DNA from: Octopus sinensis
Lineage: Eukaryota
Length of the DNA stretch: 64,000 nt
Direction of reading: 5' to 3'
NCBI RefSeq assembly: GCF_006345805.1
Contig: NC_043015.1
Span: 32,860,001 to 32,924,000, forward strand
The position numbers were made by a program, and so were the translations under genes. Positions 22,392-35,680 of this stretch are shown here, piece after piece (positions within the stretch are counted from its first letter, which is position 1; each line of letters begins with the position of its first letter). The notes beneath the pieces were generated by a model that was given only the letters and a program-made list of their open reading frames with translations, was not told the origin of the DNA and ran no database searches.

Positions 22392-23400
22392 TATTGGTCA
22401 ACACATTTTCTGGCACAAGGTTAATCAATTAGCTAATTTAGCTAATTTTAGGGTGTTGAATCCAAATCTGGAATCAAATTTTGGCTATTGCATCAGATTG
22501 CAAGAAAGAGCTATTTAATGTTCATAAAGGAAGAATTAAACATACGTAGATTCAATTTTTAATAAACAATATCTTTCTTTTTTGAATCTAATAAATCAAA
22601 ATACAAAGTTGTGGGAATGAATGCATATTAATCATGTAAGAATTAAGCTTGGTTATAACAAAATATAAATACGAAATCTCTATTCGTTGTGGACATTCAT
22701 TCTGATCATTTTATTGCTGCGAGAGCTTCCTCTTTTTCGACGATCTCTTGTGCACAGCTTCTGGAATATCTCACATCAAGCTCCAGCAGTAATCTGCTAT
22801 GATGTTTAAATCCCATCGGCCTTGGTAGCATTCTTCCATTACTTTTATATTTTGATCAAATTGTTCACCTTGTTCTTCGCTTTCTCACCCAAGTTACTGT
22901 GTAAGTATTGCAATTTAATACTCATTCTATATCAAAGTACTTGCAAACTCAAGAGCACTTCTCCAAAATCTCTTAATAGTTGTCAACTTTTCTGTTCCCT
23001 AGGAAATTCGCCGCACCACATCAGAGAAAACGTTCCAAGCTCTCGCCTCCGCTGCACCCATTGTTGTAACAAAATTTAGATCCCTGAGGAATGTTCTTAT
23101 TTGAGGTCCATTAAATATTCCTGCTTTCTATATATCTGAAGCAGTCTCCCCTGTGATCAAGAGCTCTGATGGATTGCTTCATTACACCAAATTCCAACAC
23201 AGGGATTGTAATCTTTGTGGGAAGCCCAGATTTTAAAATGATCTCCAAGTAAGCAAAACACACCTTGGCAAAGTCATTAAAGTTGCACCTTTGAGCCTGT
23301 CGAGTAAAGTTTCCACAGACGTAACAGAAGATATCGGGGCCATTACAGCACGTCCTTCTTTTTCATGAATAAAAACGCTTTGCCATTCTTCCGTCGAGAA
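22392..23400 (-). mobile_element. Internally deleted Chapaev3 (CMC superfamily) DNA transposon relic
   Basis: N-terminal RRTCCNGPDIFCYVCGNFT...WASHK...C is fused to GVMKQSIRALDHRGDCFRYI..AGIFNGPQIRTFLRD...FLGNRKVDNY...MSIKLQYLHS...EEQGEQFDQNIKVMEECYQGRWD..IADYCWSL..HKRSSKKRK* (stop at 22711-22713). A terminus-like CAGATTTGGATTCAACACC...TGTGTTGACCAATA lies at 22392-22470. Confidence 0.85.
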
Positions 23401-23412
23401 GTTCTATCGCAG

Positions 23413-23690
23413 CCACTGTATGCTCTTGAAATAACGCCTTCAGATTATTGTCTTTTTTTCGGTTGTTCTCCAGTAGTTTGAGAAGCGTGTCGTTAAACAA
23501 AAACGAGGAGGGTAACACGTGGCTTAATAAATTCTTCGAATCAAGACCCGACGATTTCCATCTTCAAGTCAGCAACAAGCAAGTGGAACGTTGGCAAGAA
23601 CTCATGAACAATGAATTAGAATATATTATTGAGTGATTTCTAAAAACTTGAAAATAAATGGGAAAACAGAATATTTTATAACTTAGCTTA
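23413..23690 (+). mobile_element. Mariner transposase C-terminal fragment
   Basis: PLYALEITPSDYCLF / FRLFSSSLRSVSLNKNEEGNTWLNKFFESRPDDF...VERWQELMNNELEYIIE*. This is a decayed YSPDLAPSDYHLF motif followed by the typical W..FF...F...I.KLV.RW....N.G.YI tail. Confidence 0.85.
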
Positions 23691-24399
23691 TTCAGACGAT
23701 CGAGGAATCGTGCTTAAGACATTCTAATTAAAATCGTCCGAACCGAAAACACACACACACACAACACACATACACAACACAAGCAGATAATTATATTTCT
23801 TTAACCATTATTCTGTGTCGCATTTATCGAGGGTTTGAGACAAACTTCATAAGGTGTTCGTTATAAATAAAATGCTTTAATACCTTTCTTTATCTTTGGA
23901 GAATAAAACAACTTACCAACTCAATTCCTGAAAGGGCGCGTTGACAATATGCAGAAACGCGCGTGCGTTTATTCGTGTGTGAGGAGAATGGTGTGTAAGA
24001 CAGGTGTGTTTGTTTCTATATCTACAAATATACAAACACATTCAGATAGCAACAGAGTTGATGTATGATGGCTTCGTAAACATTTATTTATTTATTTTAT
24101 TAACAACGGTAAATTCGATGTTGTTAAACAAGGTAGTGGAAATACACACACACACACACACACCACACACACACACACAACACACACACATATATATAAT
24201 ATATATATATCCACATATACATATACATGTACAGGCACAAATGCCTTCTCTTACCTTTCATGATGATAGAGAGACAAACCCTCCATAAATTGTTATATGA
24301 AAGTCATCACTGTCAATTATACACATACACACACACACACACATTTGTGTGTGCACGTGTGTTTTTATATACATAAACACACATATGCATGCAAGTGTT

Positions 24400-24452
<53 letters not shown>

Positions 24453-25444
24453 TATGTATATATATATATATATATATACATGATTCATACAGAGAGAATG
24501 TGTAATGTATATCAGTATATGGTGCCTATAAACATGCACAGAGGTATATATATATAATTATGTCTATATATATATATATATATAGTATATATATATATAT
24601 ACGAGGGAGAGGGAAACAAACAGAGAGACAGATAGAAAGACAGAGATAATAATCAGAGGTAGAGAGACAGGCAAACAGACAGACAGACAGTGAGACAGAC
24701 AGATACATATGCGTGAGTGTGTGTGTGTGTGTTTGTGTGCGTGTATGTGTGTGTGTGTGTATGCGCATTTATATATGTGTGCATACATACTACGCATGCA
24801 CTGATTGCACAATGTTTTACAACAATCGATGCCAACGAAAATAATATCTCAGCAAGAGTTCCTGTGTTATTTCTGGTGCAATATATTACCAGAGAATGGA
24901 CAGACACCGATTCCAACCACCTCACCCTAAACACTCCTAATACGTTTCTCTAAATGTTTTATTCCGATATCTGTCAATATTGCTTTTATCATATTACAAA
25001 TGTTGTGTAAATACACGAATATGTCTAAGTGTAGAAACTATGGTATGGTAATATTAAACAGGAAGGTTTAGCTTCTGTTCCGAATGAGAAGAGGGTGTGA
25101 GTATAAAGGATGGAAGATGCATTTATACAAGCATTAAATATATACATATACATCATACACACACACACACCTGTATGCACATACATACATAAATATACAC
25201 AGTCGCACATAAACGATACAAACACACACACACGCATATATATACATATATACAGTATATATGCATAGAACTACAATTAATAAATATACAAATATACCCG
25301 TACAGCTACATAAAAATGAATGATGAATATATATCTATTGGTATATGTGAACAGGAATACATAGATACCGGCATGCATGCATAAATCCTGTATATAGGTA
25401 CTTGCTTTTTTCACATCTATATATATGTATGTATGTATATTATA

Positions 25445-25479
<35 letters not shown>

Positions 25480-25482
<3 letters not shown>

Positions 25483-25640
25483 TAGATAAATATTATTTTA
25501 CAAACAACAACAAAACACCTTAATCAACACATAATATATATAAAATTTATAAATACCAAAAAAATATACAATCGTTTCTTGTCTTGATCGACAATCTTCA
25601 GGTGGACTTATCAATAACAGTAAAATTTTGTACAATTATT
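25480..25640 (-). mobile_element. Penelope-like pLTR remnant with hammerhead core
   Basis: The minus strand reads CTGAAGA-TTGTC-GATCAA-GACAA-GAAAC-GATT-GTA (25602-25568) in AT-rich flanks. Confidence 0.45.
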
Positions 25641-26339
25641 GGAAGAACCTACATTGTTTTAATTTGACTATTAAAATAGTGTCGGTTTTTTTGACTATTT
25701 ATTAATTTTATATATTTGTCTATCTATTTATATATCTAGCTATTTAAATGATATATTTATATAGATATATCGATAATATATCTATATACTATATATATTT
25801 ATATATATATATATTATATAGACGCTATAAAGAATTATATATATATATATTAAGGTTATTATATACATATCTTTTATATACAATACATGCTTTATTAACA
25901 TAGTGTACAAAATATAACATATATTTATACATACTTTTTAATAATAGGCCTTTGTGTGTTTAAATATGTGCACTAAAACCTATCCAAAATATATGCAATT
26001 CATTATAAGAACATGCAATTTACTGTTGCTATTAAAAACTGTATAGTATCTGGTTCTGTCTATCTATCTATCTATCATATATCTATCTATATATCTTAAA
26101 TAACTTGAATATTATTATTTTATATAATATATATATTATATATTATACATATCTATATATTTATCGATCGATCTGTCCGTTCTATATACTTATTTATATA
26201 TTTGTTTGTATTTGTATATATGTGTGTATATGTGAGTGTGTGTATATTTTGCGTATGCATAAAATTTATGTATACATAAAATACAGGTATAAGATATTCA
26301 TAACATATGTATATATATGTGTGCGTATGTATATATATA

Positions 26340-26385
26340 TAGTTGAAATTTAAAGAAAAAAAAAGACGAAGACAGGTGTATAATT
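26340..26385 (-). mobile_element. Repeat family K, terminal fragment
   Basis: AGTTGAAATTTAAAGAAAAAAAAAGACGAAGACAGGTGTAT matches 59705-59745. Confidence 0.7.
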
Positions 26386-26519
26386 TATCCCTATAAATAC
26401 ACATACCATATACCTATATAAATATATACCCATATAGGTACATGCATGCATACGCATACCCAAGAAAATTCTTACATGCCTATCGATGTGTTACTGTCTA
26501 TTCGCGTGTGTGTATTATA

Positions 26520-26559
<40 letters not shown>

Positions 26560-27259
26560 TGTGTGTGTGTGTGTGTGTGTGGGTGTGTGTGTGTGTGTCT
26601 GTGTGTGTACAGAGTGAGAAAGTGTGAGACAAAGATATACATATACATGTATGTGTATATACAAACATATTTCTATGTTTATATATATACACACAGACAC
26701 ACACAAGTGTATATATATATAATATTATACACACACACGCATACTTTTATATGGGGTAAATATTTGTGATGCGTATTTGTGCGTTTCTACCTTTGCCCCT
26801 CATAGACATCACACCTATACGTCTCAGCGTTTGTGTGTTTGTGTGTATGCATTTATACGTGCTAACGCATGAGTGTGTAACAATGCATGTGAGTATACGT
26901 GTAGATGTTTGTGTGCGCTTTCTTCTGTATCTGCCGTAAAATACCGATTAAACGGTGAAACACCGTTGCGTGCCGTCCACCACCAGTCATTAAATACTCC
27001 GTAAGAAATTGAACTCTCAAACACACACCACACCGTGTGCATGTTCCACGTTTCTATGTCTATGAGGAAGCATCGCATCGGATATTGTAGCATTTTACCA
27101 AAAATATATTTAGAAATGTAAAGAAGGAAAAAAAATGTCACAATGGCTATTTGATTGTTTGCACTCACCGTTGACACGCACATCTGACAGGTTAAGAAGG
27201 TTGTTGTTGCTGTTGTTGTTGTTGTTTTTCGTGGTGGTGGTGGTAGTAGATAGTGTTTG

Positions 27260-27390
27260 TGGTAACTGAAGAAGATGATAATGAAGAAGAAGAAGAAAAA
27301 GAAGAAGAAGAAGAAGAAGAAGAAGAAGAAGAAGGAGGAAGAGGAGAAGAAGAAGAAGAAGAAGAAAAAGAAGAAGAAGAAGAAGAATTT
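27260..27390. repeat. (GAA)n tract
   Basis: Read directly from the sequence. Confidence 0.9.
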
Positions 27391-27465
27391 AGTAAGTAAA
27401 CGATGAGAACCGTTTTTTTTTTATTCTATAGCTCTTGTATATATATATAATATATAAGTATGTAT

Positions 27466-27545
<80 letters not shown>

Positions 27546-27999
27546 CACGCATACACGTGCGCGCGCACACATACACACTCACACACATATGTATGTACAT
27601 ATATATATATATATGTATGTATATGTATCTCTATAACGGTGTATGTTTTCTCATATAGGTATGTCTGACTGTATACGCATACACGTGTGTTTAATGTGAT
27701 ATGCATTATTAAATACACGGTATATGTGTTTGTGTGTGTTGTGTGTGTGTGTAAGTGTATATGAGCGCTTGATTGCAACTTTCTAAAGACTGCTATAGCA
27801 CATTGAATTTAGGTGAGCAAAGGATGCGAAAAAGTATTGAGTTGTTGGGAGAGAGTGAGAGGGGGAAGATTGGTTGAAAGAAAAGAAAGAGAGGGGCGTG
27901 GGGTGGGAACTGGACTGTCAGAAAGACCACGGAATTCGAGGAAAGAACCACAATAACGTAAATTCAGTCTTAAGAATCAATAAATCGCGATTGTTATGT

Positions 28000-28200
28000 C
28001 TATTAAATCGGTTGGTGCATCAATGAAATTCTTCATACACCTGTTTGAATTTCAAGTGTGCAGTTGTGTTATCCGGTCGTCATCAGCGATGTGTTATTGT
28101 ATAAACCAGATCAAATGCAGCTGACAAGTTTCATTAAGGGAGAGTTGATGAGAACTAATGTAGATTTAGTTCGTCCACAAGACCAAGATATGCCTTTCAT
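28000..28200 (+). mobile_element. Possible mariner 5' end remnant
   Basis: TATTAAATCGGTTGGTGCATC resembles the mariner TIR start TATTAGGTTGGTGCA. No ORF is recognisable. Confidence 0.3.
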
Positions 28201-28594
28201 ATGATGACATTCATTTAGACTTCTTTAATGGGACATCTACTTCTATAGAAGAGACATTTCACAGATGCTAATAATATTCCTCCTTTATTACATACAAGAT
28301 TGCATTTTCTCGATGTTACTCAACGTGCCGAATCATTTAAAATAATTCTTTGTGGTGAAATATAAATATTAGAAGTATTTATTGTTCAAACCAACGTGTA
28401 TAAATCTGGATTTATAATTATTCTCAAATTATGTTAACATCTACATTAGCATCAAGTTTGGTCAGCATGGATAGAGAGATTGACGAGGCAAGCATAATGT
28501 GTGGTTATTGACGGGCTTACAGAGCTGTGCAGTGTAGATGTTGACTAAATAGAAAGATGGTCTATATAACTGCTGATCGGGCGCGACATAAAGC

Positions 28595-28990
28595 GGCGTG
28601 GCGTGGCGTGGCGTGGCGTGGCGTGGCGTGGCGTGGCGTGGCGTGGTGGTGTGGAAACATGGTTGCTCCCCAACCTCATCGTTCTGGCTTCAGTCCAACT
28701 GCATGGCACTTTGAACTTCTGTTATAGCACCACATCGACCAAAAGCCTTGTGAGTAAGTTTACTAAGGAAACTGAAAAGAGTCCGTCGTATATACAAATA
28801 TATACCTATGCGTGTGTACCTTTGTGTTTGTGTTTGTTCCCTAAAACAGCTGACAAACATAGCGGTTCGGCAAAAGAGATTATATTAGTACCAAGCTTTA
28901 AAAATGTAAGTACTGAGGACCGATTTGTTCGACTAAACACTCTAAGTAGTCCTCTAGGGTGGCTTTAGTCTAATGACTGAAACAAATAAA
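28595..28990 (+). mobile_element. Decayed SINE family A preceded by (GGCGT)10
   Basis: The pentanucleotide array at 28595-28644 is followed by a degenerate head, body and TAATGACTGAAACAA end. Confidence 0.7.
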
Positions 28991-29045
28991 AGATAAAAGA
29001 TGATATATATATATACACGCATATACATATACATACATAAGAGAT

Positions 29046-29077
<32 letters not shown>

Positions 29078-29809
29078 ATATATATATACATGCGCGCTAA
29101 TATCAAACAGAGAGAAAAAGTTCTCAACAACGCATTGATGGATAAATATTCTTTACTTTTGGTTAACAAGATTAGTAATGGTTTCATGTGAAGAGATCTT
29201 CACAAGTGTTTAAGCGTGCTACATGGAAGTGTTGATACTCGTCCCCATTTAGGATAGGAATACATGTGGTTACACGACACTAAACGGGATTTCCATATAA
29301 ATACACAAATAACGGGAGGTAGCTTATAAGAATAACTTCACTTGCATTTTGGCAAGAAATTGCGTTCACCCTAGCTTCATTATTTCCTTAATTATCTTAT
29401 GCGAGAACACTCATACCCGCCCGTATTATAAAATATACATATATGTGCACATACATATACACACAAAAATATAAAAATACACATGCATACAGGTACACAC
29501 ATATACATATGCATTCATGTGCGCGTGTGTGTGTGACACACACCAGGGAAAGGCGTGTTGCTCATGTTTGAGTATGCAGTATGTGCATATAATTAGGTAT
29601 AGGTCTTCATAGATATTTGACTCCAAGCTTGGTTCAGGGGATTATAAGTTCATAAGTTCATATGCATATATGATGACGTCTCTGGGATCACTAACTTGGA
29701 ATGACCCCAGCTTCATCAAGCAAGATCTTGAAGTCAGCAAGAAGCAAGGAATGTAAAACGAGCGTATTTCTGTTTCCTTTCGATGTCTTGTAAAATTCTT
29801 ACCTAGCAT

Positions 29810-30175
29810 CTTTTCTTTCTTTCAGTCACTGAACTGCAGACATACAAGGACACTGCCTCGAAGCGTTTAGTCTAACAAATCCGCTGCAGTATCATCTTTA
29901 ATTCTAGTTGAATTTTTGTCGAACCGCTAAGTTCCAGGGATATAATCAAGCCAACATCGGTAGTCATTCGGTGGAAGGGGGGGCCAAACATAAACATAGA
30001 CACACATATACGAGAGGCTTCCACACAGTTTCTCTGCACCAAATTCACTCACAAGACTTTGGTCATCCCAAAGCTATTTATTCAAGACACTGACTCAAGA
30101 TGTCACTTGGTAGGACTAAACTCGAAAACACATGGTTTCAAAACGAGCATCTTAGCCTCGCAGCCATGCCTGCGC
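29810..30175 (-). mobile_element. Decayed SINE family A
   Basis: TTTCAGTCACTGAACTGCAGACAT...GAACCGCTAAG...CAAATTCACTCACAAG...GCCATGCCTGCGC. Confidence 0.7.
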
Positions 30176-30204
30176 AGATTCACATTGATATATAAATATT
30201 TCCA

Positions 30205-30390
30205 AGGTGGCGAGCTGCCTCAGTCATTAGTACGTTCTGAGTTCAAATTCCGCCGACGTCGACTTTGCCTTTCCTCCTTCCGGAGTTGATAAAATAAGTA
30301 CCAGTTGAGTATTGAGGTTGATCTAATTGACTTACCCTCTCTCCCGACCTTACTTCAAAATTTGAGCTTTGCCGCAAATTTTGAAGCTAA
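30205..30390 (+). mobile_element. SINE family C
   Basis: GGTGGCGAGCTG...TACGTTCTGAGTTCAAATTCCGCCGACGTCGACTTTGCCTT. Confidence 0.8.
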
Positions 30391-31639
30391 TATATGAATA
30401 TTTCTAACATGGTTTTGAGAAATGACGCTTTCTAGGAAACTCGGTATAAGTGTTTTCTATAGTGATGTATATATGATACAAACATTAGGAGGAAAATATA
30501 ATCATTAACACCAAAATTCCCAGCCAGTATATGGACTGGTAAATTACTTTGACGAATATAGAGAAATAAATGTTAAGTAAAGGTAACCACAGCACGATTT
30601 GAACTCGGAAATATCGACTAGAAATTTTGGATCTAAATCTTATTTAAGTACTCTTTCTGTCATTCTACAACAAAACCCTACATCGAAATATTGACATAAA
30701 TTCTAAACATTCCATATAATGATGTTTTTAATGTTGTTTGTTCATTTTATTTATTTTTCCTTTTTTGAATTTTTTTTTTCTTTTTCTCAAAATTTGTCAA
30801 TAAATGGAACTTAGATGAAATAAATGTAACGGTGGTTTTCCGTTCAATTCTATCGTTCAGCTCCACTGTTTAAAACCCCACCGATCAGCGCCGCTGTTTA
30901 AAGCCCCACCGTTAAACATTGCCATTTCAACAATACATTAAAGATGATGAACTGTGAAGTTGACTTTTAAACGATTTTTAAAACTCTATTTTTTTACCCC
31001 CACCATTTTATTGTCAGCTTTTTAAAAAACTTCTTTTTTTTTTATAAATTCTTTCAAAAATGTCTTCGACAATGTTCTCATGATTTGAATAGTATGAACA
31101 GATGAGGAGAGGTGGGAGGAGAGAGAGTGAGAGTGAAGGAAGGAGGGAGAGAGAGAGAGAGAGAGAACTGGAAATGCGGGATAAGAAAACACTCTGCAAG
31201 ATGGAGGGTGAAGAAAAGGAAGACAGAGTTCAATGTGTTTGTATGTTTGTGTGTGTTGGTGTGCGTGTATTTGTGTGTGTGTGTGTGTGTGGTGTGTGTG
31301 TGTGTGTGTATGTGTATTTGTGTGTGCGCGTGTGTGCGCGTGAGTAATGGATTTTGTGAGTAAATGAGACAGACAGACAGACAGACAAAGAGAATCATGT
31401 TAAAATGTTTAGTCAGAGTGTGACAGATTGTGTAAGAGCTTAAACACAACACATAGAGTGAAAGGGAGAGGTAAAAGGAAGTAAGGAAGAGAGAGAAAGA
31501 GAGAGAGAGAGAGAGGAAGGGAGAAGAAAAGAGAGAGAGTATGTGTGGACGACCAAGCAAGTCTGCGTTTTCGTGTAAAGAAGATGTTATATACAAGTGT
31601 GGGAAGGATAACAAAAGAGAGTATCTATAATACCCGAGA

Positions 31640-31673
<34 letters not shown>

Positions 31674-31689
31674 GTTTATCAACTCGTTT

Positions 31690-31830
31690 TTTCTTCACTC
31701 GTTTATTCTTATTTCATTATTTTAACTCATGTCTATTGTCCGGAAATCTTTCGTCACACATCTGTGGCCACTTCAGCGACACTTCGTTTTTGTGTATGTT
31801 CTTGCTCCACTTACGCCATTCTGTTATTCT
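31690..31830 (-). mobile_element. Repeat family J, copy 2
   Basis: Reverse-complement match to 11440-11553. Confidence 0.7.
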
Positions 31831-31999
31831 AAGATGTGCGAATGCGTTTGTGTACTTCTTTGTGTGTGTGTATTTGTGTGTATGTGTGCGCACATGTGTG
31901 TATGTGTGTGTGTGTGTATGCTTGTGTGTGTGTAATAGTTAACATTCTTGTGAACACACACACACGCATGCACGCACACATACACACATACACACATGT

Positions 32000-32095
32000 A
32001 GTAGAAGACGTTTGCCAACGGTCCCACAAAGTGGGACCGAACCCAGAACCATGTGGTTGGAAAGCAAACTTCTTACCATACAGCCACGCTTGCAC
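32000..32095 (-). mobile_element. SINE family A head fragment
   Basis: Minus strand AGGTGCAAGCGTGGCTGTATGGTAAGAAGTTTGC...GGTTCGGTCCC. Confidence 0.75.
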
Positions 32096-34326
32096 CTACA
32101 TATGTACGTATGTATACGCTCCTATGAATGCATATACCCTATTGATAGGCCAGTTACTGTGGTATCTGTTCTGAGATAACTATTGGACGTACTGTACTAA
32201 AACACAATAGATATTATTTCCTTCTGATCTCATAAATGATGCTCTTTCTCAAGACAAATACAGCAAGAACAGACCTATCAATATTGTGTATCTGCATTCA
32301 GTATGATACATAGAAGGCTATTTTAATTTTATACGGCCACAATTGCGTATACCGGTTATATATGTATGTATATGTGTATGCGTTTGTGTATGTATGTGTG
32401 CATGTGTATGAGTATGTGTGTGTAAATGCATGTGACCTAGAGGTTAAAATCCTGGTCAGACAAGCATAAGGTCGGGGATTCAATTCCTTGATTGGGTGAT
32501 GTCTGTGATTATACTTAAAGCCCTTCGATTCGCGTTACTCCTTATCTCAGTTATAAATGAATCCAAGCCTAGTTCTGATGTCACCCTCTCTCTCACTCCA
32601 GCGGTCACATCCTGAATATTTAGATTAGTCAAACCACGGTCTCTATGTCTACTCGCAACTACATAAGCATTTAAAAGAATTAACAAATGCGTATGACATA
32701 TTTATAGAGATCACAGATACCATGCAACATAAATTTTTGCTTTATTGAAATTAGAATGTCTTTTAATCAAATGATAATGGAGACCAGTCCCCATATCAAA
32801 AGAGGAAATACCTTTAAAGTTGACATACCTTTGAAGAAAACAACAGGATTATTATTTGGCGATAAAGGGTCCGTCGAGAAGACATATATTTCTGTTTCAA
32901 TAGGCGTCACCAGCTCGACAATAGTTCCAATAGTTCCGCTATCTTCAGGAGCTAATGGATTTTTTCAAAAGGACAAAGCACATTAATGACCTTCGTAATT
33001 TGCATGATTTATACAAAAGTGGGCAAAGTGAAATAACTCAAAGCAGCATGAACAACCTCAGTAAATTTCCTCAAGCTTTTATTTGCCCCTGTAACACCAT
33101 TTAGATATTTCAACAACGGAATCTAGAAATGACATTAAACAAGACAACTTTGAAACAGAACAATAACACTTGAGTGATGTCCTTTTGCATATAATTCTCT
33201 AGGACTATTTCCCCAAATGCTAATAAAAATATTTACCAAAAATTATTCTCCCGACATTTTTCACATTCCGTTATATTTAGTAAATGTACCCATTACTTTT
33301 TCATGATACTGTTTAGATTTATTCTACAATCATTCACTTTCCCCATTATACCAACCAATCGCAACTAGTTCCTACAACTTATTTATTACATTAATTTTAA
33401 TTTAATTCTCAATTCTAAATGGACGCAGCCCCCAGAAGCACCTTTCCTGATGAGCCATTTGATGATGAAACGTTAAGTTTTAAGATGAATGTACAACATT
33501 CAGGTATTAAGAGTGTGACAAATTGGCAGATAAGTTGAACAGAATTTCTTGCTGCATTTGTTCCCCTACCCCGCAACCGAAATTCGGGTTTTTGTGTCCA
33601 TATTAGGAAGGATTACTGCTGCTGTTGTTGCTGTAGTTAATTCTCTTCTTGACCATTGCTGTTGCTGTAGCTGTGAATATGGTGCTTACCGTTTCTCGTG
33701 ATCTTTTGTTCTTGTTGTTGCTTCGTTTCCATTCCACGGCTGTTGCTGTGATCCGAGCTGTGCTTGTTCTTGTGCTCGCGGCATTTACTACTTCTATTGT
33801 TCTTCTTTAATATCACATTTCTCTTTTTGTTTATTTTGTTACTGCTGTCTGTGGTGGTGGTGGTGGTGGTGGTGAAGCTACTGCATTTGAAATCTTCAAT
33901 TTGTTTTTATACATTTTGTATATATATATATATATATCACCCACCGCCTCCCCGTCTCCCTTCCTCACTGCAACACCCACAACCTCCCCTTCTCCCGACG
34001 TTTTCAATCCAACAACATTTTCATTGCTAAAATGTCAAGTCAAAGAATAGCTTCTTCATATGTTATTATTGTCTCGTTCTGCCAAACAATTCTTATCTTC
34101 GCTTCAACTTTACTTTTAATTGAATATTTTCGATAAATTGAATTCAATTTTATACCTGACGGTTTTTAAATAATTGTTCTTTATAAATCATTATTCTTTT
34201 TGCTGTTGTTATTATTCTCACCAACATTATCATCATCATTTAATTGTCATTAATTAAACTTATGCCTGTGTGTGCATGCGTGTCAGTGCATATATGTATA
34301 TGTTTACATGCATAGATACATAATAT

Positions 34327-34358
<32 letters not shown>

Positions 34359-34525
34359 ATATATACATAAATATATGTGTGTGTGCATTCACATACATAT
34401 ATATACATATAAATACATGTATATGTGTATATGCATACATATGCATATACTCATGTATATGCACACAGACATACATTTATATATATATATCTTTATATGT
34501 GTACATGTGTGTGTAAATATATATA

Positions 34526-34573
<48 letters not shown>

Positions 34574-35107
34574 TGTACACGCACATGTATAAAATTTGTT
34601 TAGTTTGGTGAAACTCATTATTCCTGTTCTTCTTTGTCATTAAATTCTATAGTTCAACTATTCCTCACATAGTTTTAAAGAATTCATTTCAAGTCGATTT
34701 CTTTGTCGGTCTCTTTTTAAAATTATATTTACAGTTTTTGTTTTTATACAAAATATGAAAAAACAAAAAAATATTCTCGTTAACCTTTTCATATTATTGT
34801 AAATACATACAGTCTTATATGTTGTTGTTGTTGGTGTTGTTAATGTTTCTGTTGTTGATGCTTTTGTTCTCGTAATTGGAACTGATACTTTCAACCTTTT
34901 ATTCAATTCTTTAATTGTATTATTTGCCTATAATCTTTATTATTGCCGTCATTATCTTTCGCTTTTATTTTTATGCTGTTTTTGTTGTTGCTGTTTTTGT
35001 TGTTGCTGTTGTTATTGCTGTTGTTTTTCTTATACGTTTACTTTCTTTTTCATCATCACATTATTGTTGATATTGTTGTTATATTATTATTACCATTATT
35101 ATTATTA

Positions 35108-35154
<47 letters not shown>

Positions 35155-35334
35155 GTTATTATTATTATCCTCACCATCATCATCATTATCATCAGCACCA
35201 ATACCATCATCATCATGATCTTTCACCTCCGCCACCCCATTGAGTGTCACTCTGTCAACTCCACACTTTAACAACACCAACAACAAAAACTAATATTGAA
35301 GTTTTCTCATAGAACTTTTCACAATTGCAACTAT

Positions 35335-35680
35335 AACCAACCAACCAACCAACCAACCAACCAACCAACCAGCCAGCCAGCCAGCCAGCCAAGTAATCAA
35401 CCATTTTCAGCCAGTCAGTCAATCAACTAACCAATTAACCAACCAATCAATCAATTAATTAACCGATCAATCAATTAACTAAATACCGAAACAACTAACC
35501 AGTTAACCTGACATTTAACCAGTGAACCAACCAGTCTGCCAACTAACCAATCTTTTAGCCAACCAAATCCACGGACCAATCTACCAAACAACTTATCTGT
35601 CACCAATTCAGCCCACTAACCAACCTTTCAGTCAATCAACCACCCACAAAATAACCAATCCACCAGCAACACAGTCAAGT
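35335..35680. repeat. Degenerate (CAAC)n/(CAGC)n/(CAAT)n tetranucleotide satellite
   Basis: A pure core at 35335-35390 that decays to the right. Confidence 0.85.

Noticed and set aside
27790-27813. 24-nt plus-strand micro-exon (TTCTAAAG|...TTTAG|GTGAGC)
   Set aside because: The polypyrimidine tract is weak, two frames contain stops, and such matches are expected by chance in 64 kb.
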